Origin: Vineibacter sp.
GTDB lineage: Bacteria; Pseudomonadota; Alphaproteobacteria; Reyranellales; Reyranellaceae
Assembly (NCBI GenBank): GCA_035249115.1
Contig: DATFGV010000359.1
Location: forward strand, 6,035 to 70,034
Reading direction: 5' to 3'
Length of the DNA stretch: 64,000 nucleotides
The translations under genes were made by a program, and so were the position numbers. Numbering within the stretch: the first letter of the stretch is position 1; every line of letters starts with the position of its first letter. Below the pieces are notes generated by a model. The model did no database searches. It was given only the letters and a program-made list of their open reading frames with translations, and was not told where the DNA came from. Positions 50,810 to 59,516 of this stretch are shown one piece after another.

Positions 50810-51372
50810 GGCGGACCTCCTTCTTGGCCGCTGATAGACCCGCAGCGGGATCTAACTGTCCTGCGGCGTGTTGCTCCAGTCATCGCCTAATGGACCTGTG
50901 GATATGACTCAAAAAGGCCATGAAATCGCCCAGTAAGGCATACCATGCGTCTAGGGCGGTTCTGGCAGCTGCTGGTCATGGTATTTTTGGGCAGGCAGGG
51001 GGGTAGCGAGAGCGGCCGTACCATGATGTACGAGCGTTCCAGGGGCCTTGGCGGGCCTGTTTTCGGGCGAGAGGTCGGCGGACGCCTCCCCGTGCCCTCC
51101 CGGCGTTTCCGCCTAGTCGGCGCCAGCGCCTTGACCTACTAGATGTAGAAGAGACCGGGGGGCGTGCTGCGGCCATCTCGTGGCGGCCCCGCAAACGACA
51201 CTCAGCTCTGCACCCGGGAAAATTTTGACTGTCGCCGGCGGGTCAGGATTGGCTCGCGTGTACCACCGACGTGGTGCCGCTTGATGGATAGAGCGCGCAC
51301 GCCCCCTCCCCCTTGGGGGCACGCGCCAGTTTTGCTGGGGAGGAGAAGATCGGAGTGGCCGCGACGGTGGCG

Positions 51373-52809
51373 CTATGCGAGGGGTTGACCTCGCGGCCTC
51401 GCGCTCACGGCGTCACGGCCGGCTTGCGGGCCATGGTCGGCTGCGACGCGCACGACAGTGACGGTGCAGGGCGCTTCGGCCGAAATCTGAGCCATGACCC
51501 GTCCGGTGCCGCTGGTCGCGCCGACGACCAAACGATCGACCTTGTTGGTACGCGCGAACTCAAGGACCGCGGCGGCCGGCTGCCGCGACTCGAGCAGGTG
51601 ATAGGTGATCTTGCCCTTGGGCAGGCGCAGCGGCGCCGCCCATTGACGCAGCTCGACCAGACGCTGGACGTGGATGTTCTCTCCCTGCGCATCGACGTTC
51701 TCATCAATGGCGATGAGCGACGTCGGCATGGCACTGACGCAGGCGATCCGCGCGCCCGGCACGTTGGCCAGCGCCGCGGCGGCCGCCTCAAGCAGCGCGG
51801 CGCGCAGGTCGGGCGCACTCGCGTGCTCGACCACTACGACAATGATCGGCGGACGTGGCGCCGGCTGCGTCGCGCTCGCCAGGATCTCGCGCATGGTCAC
51901 GGGCAGGCGCAGGCGACGCGCCCACTTCGTCTTGAAGGGCTGCTGCGTGGTCCGCGTGGCACGTTCACCCAGCTCGACCAGGTCCATGTGGCGCAGGTCG
52001 AACAGCACATCCTCGGCGCTGCGGTAGCGGGCGTCGGGCAACGGCTCCAGGCAGCGCAGGATGATTTCCTGAAGCGCCGGCGGCACCTCCGATCGCAGCG
52101 CGCGCGGCGGCACCGGATCCTGCCACACCCGCCGGCGGACGTTCTTCATCCGGCCCGGCGAGCCGAACGGCAGGCTTTCGGTCGACAGCTCATACAGGAT
52201 GGCACCCAGCGCGAAAACATCGCTGCGCTTGTCGCTGCGCACCCGCAGCAGCTGCTCCGGCGCCATGTAGTCGGGAGTGCCGGTCGGCCGGTGGAATTGC
52301 TCCTCCAGCAGGTCGGGGAGCTGCAGGTGCCGCGATAGGCCGAAATCGAGCAGCACCGCCTCGCCCGATTGCCGGAACAGGATATTGGCCGGCTTCAGGT
52401 CGAGGTGCAGCACCTGCTGCTGATGCAGGTCGGACAGCGCCGTGGCGACTTTGGTTCCGATCTCAACCACCTCAGTGACCGAGAAGCGCGTGTCGAGCCG
52501 GCGTTTGAGCAAGGTCGGGCCGGCGATGTACTCCATCACAATGTAGGGGAGCACAGTGAAGTCGCCGTTGGCGACAAACCGCGGCACATGCGGGCCTTTG
52601 AGCTCGGCCATGATCATCTGCTCGACCTCGAAGCCGACCAGCAGGGACAAGTCACCTTCGAAATCGAGGAACGGCACCTTCATGACGATCGGGAAGTCGA
52701 TGTCATACCGGCTGACCCGCCAGATCGAGGCCATGCCGCCGCGATGAATGCGCTGCTCCAGGCGGAAACCGTCGATGATCATGCCGGCCGCCAGTTGCGC
52801 CTTGGCCAT
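51373..52809 (-). CDS. Ser/Thr (Hanks-type) kinase fused to a C-terminal universal stress protein domain
   Basis: HRGGMA, VMK, HLDLKPANI, DFG, GTPDYMAPE, SDVFALG; C-terminal VD.LVVGA...EAPCTVTVVR. Confidence 0.88.
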   Translation of the reverse strand: MAKAQLAAGMIIDGFRLEQRIHRGGMASIWRVSRYDIDFPIVMKVPFLDFEGDLSLLVGFEVEQMIMAELKGPHVPRFVANGDFTVLPYIVMEYIAGPTLLKRRLDTRFSVTEVVEIGTKVATALSDLHQQQVLHLDLKPANILFRQSGEAVLLDFGLSRHLQLPDLLEEQFHRPTGTPDYMAPEQLLRVRSDKRSDVFALGAILYELSTESLPFGSPGRMKNVRRRVWQDPVPPRALRSEVPPALQEIILRCLEPLPDARYRSAEDVLFDLRHMDLVELGERATRTTQQPFKTKWARRLRLPVTMREILASATQPAPRPPIIVVVVEHASAPDLRAALLEAAAAALANVPGARIACVSAMPTSLIAIDENVDAQGENIHVQRLVELRQWAAPLRLPKGKITYHLLESRQPAAAVLEFARTNKVDRLVVGATSGTGRVMAQISAEAPCTVTVVRVAADHGPQAGRDAVSARPRGQPLA

Positions 52810-52813
52810 GCGG

Positions 52814-53554
52814 CTAGACCCCCAGGGTCAGGCGGTCGGCCAGCGCCGCCGGCAAGCCGGCGGCCCGGATTTTCCGGGCAGCGATATCGACATCGTAGGG
52901 AACACGCACATAGGTCAGCGTGTTGCTGGCGTCGTCGAACAGCCCGTAGCAGGCATCCGGGTTGCCGTCGCGCGGCTGTCCGATGGCGCCGATGACCGCC
53001 AGCCACCGCCGTTGGGCCAGTAGCGGGATCGGCTTGTCGTCGGCCGGCTCGTGCTGCTGCGGCAGCGACGTGGCGCTCTCATTGAACAGGGTGGGAATGT
53101 GGGTGTGGCCGCAAAAGGTGAGCCGTTGGTCGGTGGCGCGGAAGCTCTGGAAAGCCTCGCGCGCGCTGCGCACGTAGATCCAACTGTCGGGCGCGGCGGC
53201 GCTGGCATGGACGTAGAGGCGATCGACCTCCGTCAGGGTGATCGGAAGGCGGGCGAGAAAGGCACGATGGGCGTCGCCGAGCTGCGCGCGGGTCCATTCA
53301 ATCGCAGTCCGCGCCAGCTTGGCCATAGACTCGCTCGGATCGAGCGCGCCGGCGTCGTGATTGCCGCGCACGCCGACGGCGCCGGCGTCGAACATGTCGG
53401 CGACCTGCTCGACGACCCAGACCGGGTCGGCGCCGTAGCCCACGAGATCGCCGAGGAACACGTAGCGGTCGACGCCGGCCCGCCGAGCGTCATCAAGACA
53501 GGCGGTAAACGCCTCACGGTTGGCGTGGATGTCACCGAACAGCGCGATCAGCAT
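52814..53554 (-). CDS. Metallophosphoesterase (YfcE/ApaH-like)
   Basis: GDIHAN, GDLVGYG, RGNHD, GHTH, GQPRDG. Confidence 0.88.
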   Translation of the reverse strand: MLIALFGDIHANREAFTACLDDARRAGVDRYVFLGDLVGYGADPVWVVEQVADMFDAGAVGVRGNHDAGALDPSESMAKLARTAIEWTRAQLGDAHRAFLARLPITLTEVDRLYVHASAAAPDSWIYVRSAREAFQSFRATDQRLTFCGHTHIPTLFNESATSLPQQHEPADDKPIPLLAQRRWLAVIGAIGQPRDGNPDACYGLFDDASNTLTYVRVPYDVDIAARKIRAAGLPAALADRLTLGV

Positions 53555-53610
53555 CGGCGCCGGCCGGGCACGACGGCCCGCCCCGCAGCTTGCTTACCGA
53601 CGCGCCATCG

Positions 53611-53700
53611 TCAGCGCATGGCCAGGATGATAACCGCGATACCGATGGCGATCGCGCCGCAGATGGCGGTCAGGATCAGCGTACGCATCCCACGTGCCAT
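53611..53700 (-). CDS. 29-aa single-pass membrane peptide (not in the ORF track)
   Basis: GGAGG-5nt-ATG; MARGMRTLILTAICGAIAIGIAVIILAMR; mostly G/C-ending codons. Confidence 0.6.
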   Translation of the reverse strand: MARGMRTLILTAICGAIAIGIAVIILAMR

Positions 53701-53718
53701 TCATGCCTCCATTCGCAG

Positions 53719-53742
53719 GCGGGCGCGGCTAGCCGCGCCCGC
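53719..53742. terminator. Perfect palindromic hairpin downstream of the MFS gene
   Basis: GCGGGCGCGGCTAGCCGCGCCCGC, no U-tract. Confidence 0.45.
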
Positions 53743-53776
53743 GCAGCGTAGTCCGTCAAACGCCGCGCGACAAAGC

Positions 53777-55519
53777 TCAATCCTTGAAGATGTCGCGCTT
53801 GTGTGTTTCGGGCACGAAGATCGCACCGATGACGACGGTCATAACGGCGATCACGATCGGGTACCAGAGCCCGTAATAGATGTCGCCGGTCTGCGCCACC
53901 ATGGCGAACGAGGTGGCGGGCAGCATGCCGCCGAACCAGCCGTTGCCGATATGGTAGGGCAGCGACAGGCCCGAGTAACGGATGCGGGTCGGGAAGAACT
54001 CGACCAGCGCCGCGGCGATCGGGCCGTACACCATCGTGACGAAGATGACCAGGATGGTCAGGATCAGGATCAACGTCATCTTCTGCGTGCTGAAGATGTC
54101 GAACATCCTGATGAAGTTGGCGAGGCCATCCTTGGGATCGATCTGGATCTTGACGATGCCCGGATCGTTGGCCGCCGGGTAGCCGGCGGCTGTCAGCGCC
54201 GCCGCCACGTCCTTCGCGAAGTTGGCATCCTTAGCCGAAAACTCCTTGTCGCCGATCTTGACCTTGGCCGGTTCGCCAGCCGCGCCGGCGACGGTGGTCG
54301 AGCTCACGGCGCTGCGTGCCAGGAGTGCCTTCGCCGTGTCACAGGTGCTGGTGAACTTCGCCGTGCCGGTCGGATTGAACTGGAACGAGCAGTCGGCCGG
54401 ATCGGCGATGACCGTGACCTTGGTCTTGGCCTGGGCCTCGGCCAACTTTGGGTTGGCAGTCGCGGTCATCCAGTTGAACAGCGGGAAATAGGTGATGGCC
54501 GCGATCAGGCAGCCGGCCAGAATGATCGGCTTGCGGCCGATGCGGTCCGACAGGCCGCCGAAGATCAGGAAGCCCCAGGTGCCGATGATCAGCGACCAGG
54601 CGACCAGCACGTTGGCGGTGAAGTTATCGACCTTCAGGATGCTCTGCAGGAAGAACAGGGCATAGAATTGGCCGGTGTACCAGACCACCGCCTGGCCGGC
54701 GACGAGGCCGAGCAGGGCGAGCAGCGCGATCTTTGCGTTGCGCCACTGGCCGAACGCCTCCGACAGCGGCGCCTTGGACAGCGAGCCCTCCTCCTTCATC
54801 TTCTTGAAGGCCGGGCTCTCCTGCATCTGCAGGCGGATGTACAGCGAGATGCCGAGCAGCAGGATCGAGACGATGAACGGGATGCGCCAGCCCCAGGCCG
54901 CGAACGCGGTGAGCTTGGCGCCGGACGCCGTCGTGACCTCGGGATAGTTGGCGTTCACGTAGATCTGCGTGAACATGATGACGACCAGCGACAGCAGCAG
55001 GCCGAGGGTCGCTGTCGTCTGGATGAAGCTGGTGTAGTAGCCACGACGCCCCTGCGGCGCGTGCTCGGCGACGTAGATCGCGGCGCCGCCATACTCGCCG
55101 CCCAGCGCCAAACCCTGGGCCATGCGCAGCACGATCAAGATGATGGGCGCTATGGCGCCGATCGAGTTGTAAGTCGGCAGGCAGCCGACCAGGAAGGTCG
55201 ACAGGCCCATGATCAGGATGGTGATCAGGAAGGTGTACTTGCGTCCGATCAGGTCGCCCAGGCGGCCGAACACCAGGGCGCCGAACGGACGCACCAGGAA
55301 GCCGGCGGCGAAGGCGAACAGCGCGAAGATGTTGCGCGTCGATTCGGGGTAGGCGCTGAAGAACTGCGCCCCGATGATCGCCGCCAGCGAGCCGTAGAGG
55401 TAGAAGTCATACCACTCGAAGATGGTGCCGGCGGAGGAGGCGATGATCACCTTCCTCTCTTCCGCCGACATCGGCCGGCTGCGCGCCGATGTTTCGATCG
55501 CTGGCGACTGTACTGACAT
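53777..55519 (-). CDS. MFS metabolite:H+ symporter (MHS family) with a large loop insertion
   Basis: GTIFEWYDF, RPFG, GDLIGRK, GGEYGGA, WGWRIPF, FPTRIRY; insertion between IADPADCS and STQK. Confidence 0.9.
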   Translation of the reverse strand: MSVQSPAIETSARSRPMSAEERKVIIASSAGTIFEWYDFYLYGSLAAIIGAQFFSAYPESTRNIFALFAFAAGFLVRPFGALVFGRLGDLIGRKYTFLITILIMGLSTFLVGCLPTYNSIGAIAPIILIVLRMAQGLALGGEYGGAAIYVAEHAPQGRRGYYTSFIQTTATLGLLLSLVVIMFTQIYVNANYPEVTTASGAKLTAFAAWGWRIPFIVSILLLGISLYIRLQMQESPAFKKMKEEGSLSKAPLSEAFGQWRNAKIALLALLGLVAGQAVVWYTGQFYALFFLQSILKVDNFTANVLVAWSLIIGTWGFLIFGGLSDRIGRKPIILAGCLIAAITYFPLFNWMTATANPKLAEAQAKTKVTVIADPADCSFQFNPTGTAKFTSTCDTAKALLARSAVSSTTVAGAAGEPAKVKIGDKEFSAKDANFAKDVAAALTAAGYPAANDPGIVKIQIDPKDGLANFIRMFDIFSTQKMTLILILTILVIFVTMVYGPIAAALVEFFPTRIRYSGLSLPYHIGNGWFGGMLPATSFAMVAQTGDIYYGLWYPIVIAVMTVVIGAIFVPETHKRDIFKD

Positions 55520-55774
55520 GGGCCCCTCCTCCCCGCCTGCCGCGAGGTACGTTGATTGAGCTCGACGCGCGGCGAGCGGCCGCGCCTCGTCCAACTCGAT
55601 GCCGATCGTCCGTCGTATGCTCGACGGTATTGGCTTGTCGCATCGATAGCCGCAGCGGATGCCGGAGTCGTCGCGCAGGGTCAATGCGACCACTTGCGCC
55701 AGCGGCCTTGTGCCGCACGGTGCGTCATCCTGGCGCGCTCGGACCGCATGGTCGCGGCCACGTCGCGAGTGGCA

Positions 55775-58531
55775 CTATTGCGCGGCTTGCTCGCTGAGCA
55801 GCCCCGGCGCACCGGCAGCATGGGCCAGTGGCACGCGGAACGAAAACACCGAACCTTTGCCCGGTTCGCTGTCGACCCAGATCGCGCCACCGAACCGTTG
55901 CAGGATCTGCCGACAGATCGGCAATCCCAGGCCGGTACCCTGCGGTTTGTCCGTGAGCGTATTGCCGGCCTGCTGGAAGCGCTCGAAGATCCGGGCCTGG
56001 TCGTCGCGCGCGATTCCGATGCCGTTGTCGCTGACATCAACCCTGAGGAAGCCGGTCTCCTCCCAGGCCTTGAGCCGAACCCAGGCGTCTTGCTTGGCGC
56101 TGAACTTGACCGCGTTGGAGATCAGATTGACGAGAAGCTGTGTGAGCCGGTCGGCATCGGCCCTGACTGGACCGAGGCCATCGGCAATATGTGCCTCGAA
56201 CGCGATGTACGGCGCCTTTGCGAACAATCCCGACGTGGAGGTAATGGCCTGCTCGATCACGCGCCTGGGTTCGGTCTCCGACATCACCCAGTCGGTGGTC
56301 CCCGCTTCCATCTTGGCCAGGTCGAGGATGTCGTTGATCAACCGGCTGAGGCGCTCGCTTTCCTGCACGATGATGCCGACAAATTCCTGCCGCTGATCGG
56401 CGTCCAGATCGGGGTTGTCGCGCAGGATCTCGCTGAACGAGCGGATCGAGGTCAGCGGCGTGCGCAGTTCGTGGCTGACCGTCGAGACGAAATCGTCCTT
56501 GAGCCGGTCAAGGTCTTTCAGGCGCTCGTTGGCGGCCCGCAGTTCGGCTGTAGCGCGTTCCAGCTCCTGCGACTTCGCCTCGATGTTGCGGGCGTAGACG
56601 ACAAGCTGCGACGCCTCGTCGAGGATGTGCATCACCTCGTCGATGTCGTGCATCTCCTCGCGCAGCACCGAGGCGACCATGATACGGGCGGAGGCCGCGC
56701 CGATCGCGCCAGCGAGTTGTCGCTCGGCATACGCCACCATGTCCGAGTCGGCAGGACTGTCATCGGCGATGCGCCGCCGGCTGCCGCGTGCGAAATGTGC
56801 CGCCGCCGCCTCGGCCCGGTCAGCGCCCAAGAACCGGGCCAGCAGCTGACTTAGGTCGCCCACGGTCGCGCGGCCGCGCCAGGTGCGCTGGCCGGCGTCG
56901 CCGCGGCGGAAGACGTCGACGAAGCGCAAGGCTTGGCCGCGCTCGACCATCGATTGCGAGGTCAGCACCGAAACCCCTACCAGCAGGCCGGCGTTGACCA
57001 GCATCGTCCAGATCGTGGCATGGGCGATCGGATCGAGGCCTTCGAGCCCGAACAGCGCGTAGGGCCGCAGGCCGCCGATCCCGAACGGACCATGGTCGAT
57101 GATATCGGTCGCGATCCAGCCGGATCGCGCGAACGACGGCAGCAAGAGCGTATAGCCCCACACCAGGAAGCCGCCGACCAACGCTGACAGCGCGCCGGCC
57201 TTGGTGGCGCCCTTCCAGTAGATGCCGGCCAGGATCGCGGGCACGAACTGCATTGCCGCCACGAATGACACCAAGCCGATCGTGACCAGGGTAAAGGACT
57301 CGCCGATCAACCGCTCGAACGCGTAACCGAGCAGCACCACCACGATGATCGTACCGCGGCGGATCGTCAGAAAGACGCCGGTCACGTCGCCCCGATCAAA
57401 CAGGTACAGCTGTCGCATCCGGATCAGGATCGGCATCACCAGGTGATTGCTGACCATGGTCGCCAGCGCGACGGTCTCGACAATGATCATGCCGGTCGCG
57501 GCCGACAGGCCGCCGAGGAACGCCAGCAGCGCCAGCGACGGCAGCTGCTGCTGCAGCGGAATGGTCAGCATGAACGTGTCGGCATTGATGTTGCCGGCCG
57601 GGAACGTCAGGAGGCCGGCGAAGGCGATGGGCAGCACGAAAACGTTGATCACCAGCAAATAGAGCGGTAGCAGCCACATCGCCGTTCGCAAGTGCCGCTC
57701 GTCGACGTTCTCCACCACCACGACCTGGAACTGGCGCGGCAGCACGACGATGGCCCCCATAGCCAACACGGTCAGGGCGATCCAGCTGGTATGGGCCGGC
57801 AGGCCGTCGATGGTGAACAGCCGGCGCAGCGCCGGCGTCGCTTCGGCGCGCGCGAAGATGTCGCCCGGCCCGGCGAACAGCCCGAAGGTCACGAACAAGC
57901 CGACGGCCAGGAAGGCCACGAGCTTGACGACCGACTCAAAGGCGATAGCCGTCACCAGGCCCTGGTGGTGTTCGCTGGCATCGATGTGGCGGGTGCCGAA
58001 CAAGATGGCGAAGGCGGCCATGATCAGGGCGACGTACAGCCCGGTATCCTGCAGCAGCGACGTCGCGGGCACGGCGCCGGCGGGCGATCCCAGCAGGACG
58101 GCGAAGCTGGTCGAGATGGCCTTCAGCTGCAGCGTGATGTAGGGCAGGATTCCGACGACCGCGATGACGGTGACCACGCCGCCCAGAACGACGCTCTTGC
58201 CGTAGCGCGACGCGATGAGGTCGGCGATCGAGGTGATGCGGTTGGCCTTGCTGATGCGGATGATCTTGCGGATCACGAACCAGCCAGCGACGAAAGTCAG
58301 GGTCGGGCCGAGATAGATCGCGAGGAACTCGACGCCGCTCGAGGCCGCCCTGCCGACCGAGCCGTAGAAGGTCCACGACGTGCAGTAGACAGCGATTGAC
58401 AGCGAGTAGACCACAGGGTTCGAAACAAGGCTCCGACCCGTCCTGGCCAGGCGGTCGCCGTACCAGGCGATACCGAACAGCAGGAAGAGATAGAGCAGCG
58501 AGACGACGATGACGACGGCGCCGCTAAGCAT
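55775..58531 (-). CDS. SLC5 (Na+/solute symporter)-fused sensor histidine kinase (CrbS/PrlS-like)
   Basis: YCTSWTFYGSVG, LPRQF, STAC-like LAGAIGAASAR, SHELRTPL, NAVKF, DNGIG, GTGLGL. Confidence 0.9.
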   Translation of the reverse strand: MLSGAVVIVVSLLYLFLLFGIAWYGDRLARTGRSLVSNPVVYSLSIAVYCTSWTFYGSVGRAASSGVEFLAIYLGPTLTFVAGWFVIRKIIRISKANRITSIADLIASRYGKSVVLGGVVTVIAVVGILPYITLQLKAISTSFAVLLGSPAGAVPATSLLQDTGLYVALIMAAFAILFGTRHIDASEHHQGLVTAIAFESVVKLVAFLAVGLFVTFGLFAGPGDIFARAEATPALRRLFTIDGLPAHTSWIALTVLAMGAIVVLPRQFQVVVVENVDERHLRTAMWLLPLYLLVINVFVLPIAFAGLLTFPAGNINADTFMLTIPLQQQLPSLALLAFLGGLSAATGMIIVETVALATMVSNHLVMPILIRMRQLYLFDRGDVTGVFLTIRRGTIIVVVLLGYAFERLIGESFTLVTIGLVSFVAAMQFVPAILAGIYWKGATKAGALSALVGGFLVWGYTLLLPSFARSGWIATDIIDHGPFGIGGLRPYALFGLEGLDPIAHATIWTMLVNAGLLVGVSVLTSQSMVERGQALRFVDVFRRGDAGQRTWRGRATVGDLSQLLARFLGADRAEAAAAHFARGSRRRIADDSPADSDMVAYAERQLAGAIGAASARIMVASVLREEMHDIDEVMHILDEASQLVVYARNIEAKSQELERATAELRAANERLKDLDRLKDDFVSTVSHELRTPLTSIRSFSEILRDNPDLDADQRQEFVGIIVQESERLSRLINDILDLAKMEAGTTDWVMSETEPRRVIEQAITSTSGLFAKAPYIAFEAHIADGLGPVRADADRLTQLLVNLISNAVKFSAKQDAWVRLKAWEETGFLRVDVSDNGIGIARDDQARIFERFQQAGNTLTDKPQGTGLGLPICRQILQRFGGAIWVDSEPGKGSVFSFRVPLAHAAGAPGLLSEQAAQ

Positions 58532-58802
58532 CGCGCGGCTCCTCCGCTGCGAGCGATGCCGGTGGCCCCGCTGTACCGCCAGAGGGCCCGACGGACTCGT
58601 CCGGCAGGGCGCGCCGTCGTACCGCCAGCGCCACCAGCAGGATCAAAGCTGCCCAGCAGGCGAAAAGGTAGAAGTAGAGCGCCGGCAGGCCGAGGATACG
58701 TGTGGGGTTGTTGAAGATCGACAGCAGCGGCGGGGTAATCGCCAAGACGCCCAGGAGGAACAGGGCGAAGAGGCGTTCGTTGGCTCGGCGCGGGCCGGTC
58801 AT
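58524..58802 (-). CDS. Small two-TM partner protein of an SLC5 gene
   Basis: LF.LG.L...P.L.IF....ILGLP.LY.YLF..W; overlaps the kinase start. Confidence 0.7.
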   Translation of the reverse strand: MTGPRRANERLFALFLLGVLAITPPLLSIFNNPTRILGLPALYFYLFACWAALILLVALAVRRRALPDESVGPSGGTAGPPASLAAEEPRDA

Positions 58803-58897
58803 CGAGTTCCCGTCAAGGGCGGCGCGGCCATCGCACCGGCGACTGCGGCTCGGTGCGCCATGACCGGTGTTGGCGGCGTGCGGCCGATCCCATCGAC

Positions 58898-59293
58898 CTA
58901 TCCCTCACCCGCCCTTGGCGCGGCATCAAGCACGGCTTTGACTCGGGCGATGGCGTCCTGTGTGGAGAACGGTTTGGTGATGTAGTCGTCGGCGCCCAGC
59001 GCGAGGCCCTTCTCCCGCTCGACATCGCGTCCGCGCGCCGTCAGCATAATGATGCGCACGTCCTTCAACGCGGGATTGTCTCGAACCGCCTGACAGACTG
59101 AAAAACCATCCAACTTGGGCATCATCACGTCGAGCAAGACGAGATTGGGCGGTGCGCGCAGGATCTCGGCCATGCCCTCCTCGCCGTCCTTGGCCGTACG
59201 CACCTCATATCCGGCCTTGGTCATCAGGAATTTCAGTGACAGCAGGATATTGGGCTCGTCATCGACGATGAGCACCGAACTGGGTTTGGTCAT
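58898..59293 (-). CDS. Single-domain response regulator receiver
   Basis: IVDDE, LLDVMMP..DG, LTA, GADDYITKPF. Confidence 0.9.
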   Translation of the reverse strand: MTKPSSVLIVDDEPNILLSLKFLMTKAGYEVRTAKDGEEGMAEILRAPPNLVLLDVMMPKLDGFSVCQAVRDNPALKDVRIIMLTARGRDVEREKGLALGADDYITKPFSTQDAIARVKAVLDAAPRAGEG

Positions 59294-59516
59294 GACGCTC
59301 GCCACATGGTCAAGCACGATCCCATGAATTGGCACACACATGGGCTGACATGTCGAGCGCAGCGAAGGATCCTGGCGGCGATCCAAGTTTTCTCGCCGCG
59401 TCTTGATTGACACGCGGGTGCCCGGGTCAACCTGCGCAACCCTTCGGCGCTCGCGTGCCCGCCAAAACGAAAACGTGGGCCAGCGGCCCACGTCGTCCTT
59501 CAGATCGGCGGCCGGG

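Noticed and set aside
50896-50905. DnaA-box-like TGTGGATAT suggesting an origin
   Set aside because: Single imperfect box, no cluster and no origin-associated genes
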